Below are positions 35,301 through 43,896 of a stretch of 43,896 bases of DNA, one piece after another. Position 1 is the stretch's first letter; each line of letters begins with the position of its first letter. The notes beneath the pieces are model-generated. The model searched no databases and was not told the origin of the DNA. It saw nothing but the letters and a program-made list of their open reading frames with translations. The position numbers were made by a program, and so were the translations under genes. The stretch is from Balamuthia mandrillaris (Eukaryota): NCBI GenBank assembly GCA_031835245.2, contig JAVKOQ020000108.1:124001-167896 (forward strand), in the 5' to 3' direction.

Positions 35301-38300
35301 TCTCCTTGTCCTTGTGCTTCTTTTTTTTTGTTTTTTTCTTGATCTTCTTGTATTCTTGTTTCCTTGTCTTTTTTTTGCTGGTAGTAATTAACTTTGCGAA
35401 CAACAGAAAAAGATAATACACGAACGAGCCGATTTAGCAAAGAACATTCTCAACGGCTCGTCAAGTTGATGAGGAAGCTTTTCTCGGGTGCCGAGAGTTT
35501 GCAAAGCTTGGACTCGCTTTACCACTTTTCAGCTACTCTTCAAAACCTGTTTGGTATTATGGACCGTGGACTCGTTTGTAATATGGTACGCTTGAAAGTT
35601 TCATAGCTTTCTTTCTTCTCAATTCCATTTCTCTATTCTGTTTCGTCTATTTTGTCTTTCTTGTATGCTTACCTTTTTTCGTTTCAGGTGTATACATTCA
35701 TGGAAGAAGCGAAAGATGTTCGTGCTCGTTTGGCAAGTTTCAAGTTTCTTCAAACGTTTTTGGACATTGAAGACTACATTCCCCTCAACATTCCTTTGCC
35801 TCCTTCTTTGAACTATTTGGATGTGCCAGGCCTCATTGATGACTTTTGGTTCGCATAATCATTATTCTTATTCTTCTTTTTTCTTTGTTGAAACTCTCTG
35901 AACGTTATTCTCTTTTGTAGGAAGCGACATTTCTTGAGTGGGCTTTTACTTCACGAAATAGAAAAATCACTCAACTTGGATTCAGCAGCTTCTCAAACTC
36001 AGGTATAATTGGTTTGCTTCGTTGTTATTTTATGTTATTTCTTATTTGCTTTTGTTGCAGGCAATCATCACTCTTCGTAATCTTCTCAAGAAACATGAGA
36101 CAGATTCACGCTGTAAGAAAGAGAGGGCCAAAGCCAGAGTTGTTAGCCTCTATTTTCCTTTCCTTCTCATAGTAACACGTCCAGCCTCTTCTCTTCTCTG
36201 GCCTCTCTTCTTCCTTCTCTATTATTGTTATCTTCTTCCTCTTCTCTTCAGCGTCTCCTCTCTGGCCTCTTTTCTTTCTTCTCTATTATTATTAACGCAT
36301 AAAAAAAAAAAAAAACAGCTCGTAGATAACCCAGTTGTGATATATCACCAGTTAGATAAACCAAGTCGACTGATCTGGCTAACGTGTTTCATCTACATCC
36401 TCCAAAACTGCAGTCGAGAATTGCTTTGCGGATGGTGGAAGAAGGAGACACAATCCAGACAGTTATCCTTCCTCCGTCTTCTCAACTTCTGTTTGCAAGT
36501 CTTCAAAGAGGAGGACAACGAAGAGGCGGTGTACATCGCCGCTTTGGATGTGTTGGTCGACTTTATGCATAACTTTGAAGAGGAGCTCTGCTCTCCATCA
36601 CCGAGCGTGTTGATGCCGCGTGTGTTGTCCATTATGAACGGGCTCTTCCAACTAGAGAAAGCGAACTACTTGTTGGAATGTCTGTATCCAGCTCTTCGAT
36701 GGATGGTTCATACTTTTAGAGAAGCGCTGTTCCGCTTTAGCACCAATTATAACTTTTGTGAGATGCTCTGTTGCGAGGTCATGTATCATTGCACTTGGGA
36801 AGATGCCCAAGTGCGACAGAAAGCTTGTTCTCTGTTTTATTTGCTGTTGAAGGTAAACATCTCCATTCTGTTTTGCTTTATTATCTATCTGTTTATTGTT
36901 GCTGATTCTACATTTTGTTGTGTACACATATTAGAATAATTGGCAAGAAATGAAAAATGTAACAAGAATGAAGATTCAATGCACCGTGGCGGTCTCTCGG
37001 CTTGTTGGCGGTACAAAAGGCACTTTGGTAACATTCATCTCTTTTGGCTCCCAATTTTCTGTAATTGATTCTTGTGCTCTTCTTCCTCGTTTACAGAATC
37101 TCAATCGGTTACAAGAATCTTTTCAAAATATTGAACAAATGGCCCAACAGACAAACGACAAAGCTCTGACGGATACAACAGCATTTCAGTCAGAGATAAA
37201 GGAAGTGGTGAGCCGAGTCATGAAACTCGTCACATATAGCTCCAAAATAGCGGAGAACGTACGCGACCCTGAAACTACTGCAGATCTCTTCCACAAAATC
37301 TCGTTGAATTACAACGATACTCCCGACATACGCGTTCGTTGGTTAGAAAATCTTTCTGATTTTCAAGCCTCGGTATGTTTCTCTCTTGTTGTTGTTGTTT
37401 CTTCTTCTTCTTTTGATATTAACAATCACAAACTTCAGCAAAATAATCCAGAAGAAGCTGGACAATGTAAGCTGCACATAGCAGCATTGGTGGCACAGTA
37501 TCTTCAACGAGGAGGAGAGCTGCCGAGTTCTATTGGGGAAGATCCGTTGAGAGCGTTTATTAGAATGGCTCCCAACGTTCCTAGCGATGCAGAATTGCCA
37601 CAAGAGACAGAGTCCTCGACGAGCAGTGCCTATCAGGACCCACAACTGTGGAGCATTACTGGAATCATAAAGCTGTTAAGCTCAGCTGCTCAACTTCTTG
37701 AAGAGGTACACCTCTCTCTTTCTTTCGTGCTTTACAATGTTGACACGTAAATAATCGCTTTCTCGTTATTTAAGGCAAAAACGTATGAGACCTGCATGGA
37801 AGTGTTAATGCTCCTAAGCAACATTCACATGGAAGAGAAAGATTACACAGCTCTTACCGCCACTTTGGAGAAGTTCAAGGCGATGACTCAGACTCTCATC
37901 GCTGCTGTAAGTTATTCCGTTTTTTTATTGCTTTTTTTTGGTAAACAATGAACGCTGATTTGAAGTTCTTTGTTAGAACAAAGATATTCGTATCTTTCCA
38001 ACATACTATCGTGTAGGTTTCTACGGAAAAAAGTTTGAAGAGTTACAAAACAAGGAGTTCATCTATCGTGTGCCTGGTCAGACGAAATTGGAGCACATTC
38101 AAAACCAGCTTAAGGTTTGTTTTCTTTTTGAGACCTTCTACGCCACATTTATTATTCCCAAGCCCTGTCTTAACATGATGTACAGGAAAAACATGCTAAG
38201 AAAGTAGGAGGTCAATTGGACAATATTGTCATTTTGCAGAGTAATGACACGGATGTCACTCAGCTCGAGCAGAACTCAGAAAAGCTATATATTCAATTAT

Positions 38301-38611
38301 GTTGTGTTGAACCGTATATTTTACCTTCACGGATAGAGAAATGCAGCTCTCCGCATGAAAAGCACTTCGATATTCGTGAGTTTATTCTTGCTGTTATTTC
38401 TTCTTTCAATCTTGGTTAACGTCTTCTTTAAAGAGCATTTTATCTTTGAGGCTGGTTACTCTGCTTCTGGCAAAAACGTGGCTAAAGGAGGCCTTGCTGA
38501 ACAGCAAAAGAAAAAAACAATTTACAGGACCAACCACTCATTTCCATACATCAAAAATCGATTGGCTGTTGTTGAAAGCTCACAGGTTTTACTCTTCTCT
38601 TCAATATTCTC

Positions 38612-38646
<35 letters not shown>

Positions 38647-39208
38647 CCTCTCTCTCTCTCTCCCTCTCATTGCTGTTGTATTTGGTTGTTCTTCCTTCTG
38701 ATTGACGTGTTTTTAGATAATTCTGTCCCCGTTGGAAAACGCAATCGAACTTATGGAAGGAAGAGTATCTTCTCTGCGTGCACAACTCAGCGCTAATCCT
38801 CCCAAGTTGAATAGTTTACAGAGCGTCATCCAAGGCAGCGTTGTTACAAGTACGTTGTTTTTTCCTTCCTATTCAGTTCAACAGTATTGGCTATTTTGTT
38901 TTGTTTTGTTTTGTTGGTAACAAACTCACAATGTAACAATAGTGGTGAACGAAGGACCAATGGCCATATGTGAAGTATTTCTCTCTGACGAGAGTTTGGC
39001 CAAAGGCAAGAGCGATCCAAAGTACAACAGCCAATTGGAGCGCTTGCGAGAGAAAATAGACGAGTTTGTGAAAATGTGCGGCTTTGCCATTGCTCTCAAC
39101 AAATCTCTCATTTCAGCAGAGCATATTCCTTTCCAAAAGATGGTGGAGAATAAGTATGACCAGTTAAAAGCAGCTGCAGCTGTTTACCTTCAAAAGCCAC
39201 TCTTGTAA
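30518..39208 (+). CDS. DOCK-C/D (zizimin-type) Rho-family GEF (many exons)
   Basis: N-terminal DWEERL..DPLARLLLTFP..CIEAFSKPW; PFEPLFYSLSLHD..KRISESFYFD; C2/DHR-1 YTHVLYLYPTSL..YDEIKLKLPPRLHEGHHLLFSFY; DHR-2 YNDTPDIRVRWLENL, YYRVGFYGKKFEELQNKEFIYR, LSPLENAIE, IQGSV..VNEGPMAICEVFL with the nucleotide-sensor Val retained. Confidence 0.95.
34385..34680. repeat. Compound (TTCTTG)n/(TTC)n microsatellite of about 300 bp in a DOCK intron
   Basis: Directly visible; lies between the GT donor at 34363 and the AG acceptor at 34721. Confidence 0.97.
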
Positions 39209-40197
39209 CAATACAAAATAACTATGAATATTACATGCCTATTTTTTTTCAGCTGGGCTTACTGATGAAGGCAGTTATTATGCACGGCCTACCAAACCAT
39301 AGTGGGGAATCTTCGTCGGGTTTGTCCAAGTCAAGACCATGTGCTACGAAGTATTTAGGCTTTTAAAACATCGAGATTGTTAGAGAAATACCAGAAGAAT
39401 GGGCATCAACAACGGAGTCTTGGTGAAGATTTTAGTTGAAGTGCTCTGTGTCTGGGTTTTTGTTTATCATGGGTGGTGATCGGTATGAAGCAGCCAAGGG
39501 TAAGGAATACACAGTGGATGAACCATTGACCAGCTTGGGATGCACAGGTGTTGGTGGAGGTACCTTGCAGTTGAGATATTGGCACCTTTACACTTCTGTC
39601 CATTACTCTCCCAAACCCCGTCCCTTGTGAAGGGACGGTAAGGTGCTTTGGTGCCGGCACCGTTGCTCACAGCGAGCCGTCAGATGAGCCATGGTGAGAC
39701 ATGGTTTCGTATTTCTTTTTGCAGGTTTCGACAAAAATATCTTCGTCTGAGGGGTGCTCTTGAGACTGCCGCCAAAAAATCTTCGGACGAAGCGGTTGGT
39801 TTCACTGCCGAACCGTCGAAGCAACTTGTTAATGTCTTGTTACATGGAAGGCCATAAGCGCTTTGAGGTACTGTGCCATCTGGTGGAGAATTGCCATCGC
39901 TTGAAAGTCTGTCCTTCGTTTTGTTTGTGCTCACACTCATTCTTAAAGATTCGCTGTTACGCAGAGGACGGTTGTTTGCTCCCTGATAAAATAGAACATT
40001 TGCCTCACATGACGCGGATGAAAGTGTGCTATGCACACAATATACGACATCAGCGCCAAAGTAACACAGAATGATTCCGGCGTAACCGCCCAGCTCAGGG
40101 TAGGCGAAAACTCGCCGCTGCGATTAATGGCGATACGGTCCTACCCAGAGTTCAAAACCGAAGTACGCCAAAATTATATAAAATATTAGCCGAATCG

Positions 40198-40280
40198 GGT
40201 AAACGTCCCACCCCACAACGCTAAAAGTCCCACCCCTTCGGTAAACGTCCCACCCCTCAGGTAATTTACCCACCCTAATA
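40198..40280 (+). repeat. Left terminal/subterminal inverted repeat made of four 20-22 bp units
   Basis: ggtaaacgtcccaccccacaac / gctaaaagtcccaccccttc / ggtaaacgtcccacccctca / ggtaatttacccaccctaata. Confidence 0.9.
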
Positions 40281-40919
40281 TGTATTTATAACAACCTATT
40301 ATTTTTGTGCTATTTTGCCACCAAAGCGGGCGCTGGCCATTATTTTAGAGAGTGGAGAAAAGGGATCAGAAAAATCAAAAATTTATTTTTTAGGGGGCTT
40401 TTTTTTTTCGTTTTGTTCTTTTGGCCAGTCTTTTCTTTGTCACGCTGGGCACCTTTTCTTCGTTCTGTTCTTTTTTTGAGGAGAGAGGAGCTTCACGACC
40501 TGTGTTTTCTGGTACCGTGGGTTGGGCTTCAGTTGTCGTTTTGGAGAGAGAGGCTTCCTTTTGTCCACTCGGGGATCCTGGTAGTTCACCACGGGTGCGA
40601 CGCCATAGATCTCTTCCGTTTTACAGTTCTTTTGCCATTGAGAGGTACGCTTTGCTTTGCACTCTTCAAAAATGACAAACATCAACTTCAGAAAAAGAAT
40701 CTGCTTGATACAAAAAGTGACAAACATACCACTTTGCGTTTTTGTTTTTTGATTTTGTTGTTTTTTTGGTGCAGCCGCCGCCACCGCCGCTGCCTTTTTC
40801 TTTGTTGTTTCAGGTTTTGTTAAATTTGATTGAAAGGTACGTTCGGTTTCTGGTGTTTGTGTGAGGTGTTAGCTAAAAGTAGGAAAGGAGGGAGAGATTT
40901 TGTTTAAAAAAAAGAGATA

Positions 40920-43475
40920 CTAACTTAATTCAAGCAAACATTCTTCTGTGAGTCGCAGGTTGGTTGCTACTTTCGGCCTCTTTGTTGTTTTGCGCGGCCT
41001 CCCAGGTGATGACTTCCCTGTAGCATATGCGATTGCTTGTTCTGCTTCTTCCTTGCTAGAGTACTCGATTTTTGGCTCCACTGGATGTTGATGCTTTGTT
41101 CCTTGATTTTTGTTTGCATTCAGTTTGTCTTTCTCCTTTTCCTTCTCCTCCTCCTCCTTCTCCTCCTTCTCCTCCTTCTCTTCTTTCTTATTGTTGTGTT
41201 CTTGTCCTTCAGAAGTTTCTTCCTCAAGATCTCCGCCGTCGTCCTCACCAAGTTCATCCATCGATGGCTCCTCCAACAGTAGCAGCGCCTGCTGTTCCTC
41301 GTCCTGTTCATCTCCCTCCTCTCCTTCCACATCTTCATCATCAAGGGTAACAGGCGCTACACGTTGCTCCAGGGAGTCAGTATCATCTGCTTCAACGATG
41401 TCATCTTCAACTATTCTTGCCACTTGTGAGGTGCTGCTGTTGGTGCGTCTTGTTTGTCTTTTCAGCCCAAGCTCTAAAAGGTTCTGATCTGAAAATGTTT
41501 TCTGTAGATGAGCAGCAAGTCCAAAAACGTGTTTGCACCTCCTACCATAATACCGAAAGTAAGGACAGGGGCATGAAGGCAATTCTATAGTCACGTCGTA
41601 CTCATTCCATTTGAAAACGCCGTCAGCAAGCTCTACAAAATGTGCGTTCAATCCTTCTTCTACCTCTTTTTCCTCTCTGTCGTTGTTGTTGTCATCGTTT
41701 TTGCTGCCATTCTCTATTTCTTCTTTTTCTTTCTGTTTCTCACTCTGTTGGTGCTGTGCCAGCCGCAATCCCTCTTGATATATCCTCCAAAGCCGGCAAA
41801 CACCAAGGCTTGGGCGTTGCTGTAGTACATCGATGCGGTTGAGCTCCACATTGTAGCGGCGAAACACATTGTCTGCTAGCGTTAAGACCAAGTTGTGATC
41901 CCCTTTGGTGCCTTTGCAGTGGAAATCACGAAGAATGCTACGAAAGATCGGCTCTGTTGCATTGTTGGTATTCCACAAGCCCTCTCGGTACCCAGGACGA
42001 TCAATGCTTTTCCACGTTGATGCCCATGGAGGAGAAAGCCAGTTCTTGTCAAAGTACTGCCAAAAACGGGTAATCCTCTTTTTTTGGCAATAGTTCTTCA
42101 ACACTTTTGTTGGTTCTTCCTCTGCATCTTCTGTCATGGCATGTTGCAGTCTTTTTAACAAACCCAATACACTTCCATCATCCTTCCCTTGTTGTTTGGT
42201 ATTATTGTTAGTTTCTACTTGTATGAGCAACAACGAGAGGGAGAGAGCAGATGCATGAAAGAGAGAGAACAAACCATACTGCGCAACTTTTTTTCTCCAC
42301 AGTTGTTGTGCATGAAAGTCACACAACACCACCTGAAAGCCAGCACTTGTCGCCCCGTTACGCTCCACCTTGTCTTTGTCGATCATTACGAAGGGGTGCC
42401 ACGTAGGTTTTGGGGAGTAGATCGTTGTCGTCTGTGTCTCAAAAAAGTGACGAACAGACGAAAGGAAAAAGCGCACAACTGCTGCTCGTTCCTTGCTAGC
42501 AACAGCGAAGGCAACAGGCCAGCTCCGTCCCAAGTCATCTTGCACCACCAGTGCCCAAACGGGGGGATGTGACTTGGATAGCTTGTAGATGCTGTCCAGG
42601 CCGACTACATCCTTACCCCATCGCTGAAGCACAGTGACTGCATAAGGCGCGATCAGAAAAATCATCCATGGCCGACGGGCCGCCGTGCGATCAAGGATGT
42701 ACGTTTCACGGCTCTCCAAAGGTGGGAAAAGGATAGTAGAAGCCAGTTCTGGCCGATTCAAGGCCGCTTGGAGGGCTTCTGCTCTGGTTTGCCCTTTCTT
42801 GCCGATTCGCAGTTTTTTCCTTCCGTTGTGGATTACAGTGGCAATCTCCTGCACAGTGGGTACATCCCGAGCATCCTTGACCAGCTCACAAGCGCCCCCC
42901 AGCAACATTCGTTGCAGCTCGTGCGCCGTCATTGCTCCTCCTCTCCCATTCATTCCGTCTTCTTTTGTTCCTTGCCCATCCATCTGGCGGAGCCACTGCC
43001 GAAGCGCAGGTGGCATAGGCAAAGCGGAAGGCGCGCAAAACCCAGGTCCGTGGCTTTGGGCTTCCTTCTGGATGTAGATGTAGGCAGTGTTTAGCTCATC
43101 TCTAAACACCACCCAACGGCTTTGTACTTCACAGTCCTTTAGTTTTTTGTTCTTCTTTCCTCTTGCAGGAGGAGCACAGGCAAAGCCGCCAGAGCAGTGA
43201 AGATTCTCGCTGAGTGCAACCTCAAGGACCCCATTCTTCACCTTCTTGACTTTAGGCGCCACCAACACTTTCACTCCTTCAAGGGTGGTCCGCTGATTAC
43301 TAAGCACCTTCACTCCTGTTCGCTTTGTAAGCCCACGAGTTGATCTCCATTGGACTCGATAAAAGGTCGGAGCATCCTCTCCACCATTGTACAACCGTGA
43401 AAGCTGCTGCAATGGAACCTTTCGTTCAAAAATCCACCCGTAAATCTCGGCAAATATTTTTTTCTTCGCTTCCAT
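40920..43475 (-). CDS. MULE-family DDE transposase with SWIM zinc finger
   Basis: VVGLDSIYKL (D1)..GRSWPVAFAV..FVMIDKD (D2)..VVLCDFH (CxxH)..FWQYFDKNWL..NTNNATE (E); SWIM CPCPYFRYYGRRCKH; C-terminal AT-hook PGRPRK. Likely ATG at 43475; probable in-frame intron at about 42279-42190; possible extra 3' exons down to about 40440. Confidence 0.93.
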   Translation of the reverse strand: MEAKKKIFAEIYGWIFERKVPLQQLSRLYNGGEDAPTFYRVQWRSTRGLTKRTGVKVLSNQRTTLEGVKVLVAPKVKKVKNGVLEVALSENLHCSGGFACAPPARGKKNKKLKDCEVQSRWVVFRDELNTAYIYIQKEAQSHGPGFCAPSALPMPPALRQWLRQMDGQGTKEDGMNGRGGAMTAHELQRMLLGGACELVKDARDVPTVQEIATVIHNGRKKLRIGKKGQTRAEALQAALNRPELASTILFPPLESRETYILDRTAARRPWMIFLIAPYAVTVLQRWGKDVVGLDSIYKLSKSHPPVWALVVQDDLGRSWPVAFAVASKERAAVVRFFLSSVRHFFETQTTTIYSPKPTWHPFVMIDKDKVERNGATSAGFQVVLCDFHAQQLWRKKVAQYGLFSLFHASALSLSLLLIQVETNNNTKQQGKDDGSVLGLLKRLQHAMTEDAEEEPTKVLKNYCQKKRITRFWQYFDKNWLSPPWASTWKSIDRPGYREGLWNTNNATEPIFRSILRDFHCKGTKGDHNLVLTLADNVFRRYNVELNRIDVLQQRPSLGVCRLWRIYQEGLRLAQHQQSEKQKEKEEIENGSKNDDNNNDREEKEVEEGLNAHFVELADGVFKWNEYDVTIELPSCPCPYFRYYGRRCKHVFGLAAHLQKTFSDQNLLELGLKRQTRRTNSSTSQVARIVEDDIVEADDTDSLEQRVAPVTLDDEDVEGEEGDEQDEEQQALLLLEEPSMDELGEDDGGDLEEETSEGQEHNNKKEEKEEKEEKEEEEKEKEKDKLNANKNQGTKHQHPVEPKIEYSSKEEAEQAIAYATGKSSPGRPRKTTKRPKVATNLRLTEECLLELS

Positions 43476-43808
43476 AATGAGAAAAAAAAAAAGGAAAAAA
43501 CAAAAAGCCAAACAAACAAAAAAGGTGTGTGATGGTTGTGTGTAGCTGTTTCTAGTTGAAAGAAAAAAGTTAAAGAAGAAGACCTTGTTACAACCCAAGA
43601 AAAAGTAACGGTAACGTTATTGAAAAAAAAGGCGGGAACAAAAAGAAAAGTATGGCGGGCAAGAATGGTGAGAGGAATAACCGTTGACCAAGGATACAGC
43701 ATGCTTTCAATTCCTGACAGTTTCTTTTACAACGGTTATTCCTCTCGCCAAGCAAAGAGAAACACAGTAGCAATGTAACGATAGAGTTACTCATAATTCA
43801 TGTCACCC

Positions 43809-43891
43809 TAATAGGTTGGGACTTTTACCTGAGGGGTGGAATTTTTATCGGTGGGGTGGGAAGTTTATGGTCGTGGGGTGGGATATCTACC
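43809..43891 (-). repeat. Right terminal/subterminal inverted repeat
   Basis: Reverse complement ggtagatatcccaccccacgac / cataaacttcccaccccacc / gataaaaattccacccctca / ggtaaaagtcccaacctatta aligns without gaps to the left repeat (63/83 identical by hand count). Confidence 0.9.
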
Positions 43892-43896
43892 ATTTT

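Larger units (their letters stand above)
40198..43891 (-). mobile_element. Mutator-like (MULE) DNA transposon, about 3.7 kb
   Basis: Transposase ORF flanked by 83-bp imperfect inverted repeats (40198-40280 and 43809-43891). TSD cannot be verified because the window ends 5 bp after the right repeat. Confidence 0.88.

Noticed and set aside
40198..40280. Regularly spaced repeats resembling a mini CRISPR array
   Set aside because: The units abut with no unique spacers, are mirrored at the other end of a transposase gene, and the context is eukaryotic with no cas genes.
43476..43598. N-terminal 41 aa of the 892-aa transposase ORF
   Set aside because: It has a non-ATG start and a Phe-rich translation of T-rich leader sequence; the ATG at 43475 is more plausible.
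40280..43809. Fanzor/TnpB RNA-guided nuclease cargo within the MULE
   Set aside because: I found no RuvC-type motifs or terminal CxxC zinc-finger pattern, and the space outside the transposase is too small.

Overview
Gene-dense, intron-rich eukaryotic DNA: standard genetic code, short GT-AG introns packed with (CT)n/(GA)n and poly-A/T tracts, and short intergenic gaps. Gene content (SH2-RhoGAP-RasGEF, zizimin-type DOCK, F-box-GTPase) suggests an amoebozoan-like protist, which is an inference. I hand-spliced about 13 protein genes, in order: an edge-truncated Pro/Ser-rich ORF, a mitochondrial-clan-like cytochrome P450, an F-box/Rab-like fusion, an APH-family kinase, a small MG-start ORF, SF3A2, a helicase-associated (HA) domain protein, a PSI-domain membrane protein, RNPS1/SR45, a zf-4CXXC_R1/AT-hook protein, a SIM-UIM3-TDP1, an EF-SH2-SH2-RhoGAP-RasGEF protein, and a DOCK-C/D GEF lying head-to-head with it. 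The window ends in a Mutator-like (MULE) transposon with an intact transposase ORF and modular inverted repeats. The most notable items are the P450 with signatures of the supposedly animal-restricted mitochondrial clan, the multidomain signalling protein with a Lys in place of the RhoGAP arginine finger, the F-box pseudo-GTPase, the ubiquitin/SUMO-reading TDP1 and the MULE ends. Spliced-gene coordinates are spans from my manual exon reading, with no database searches.
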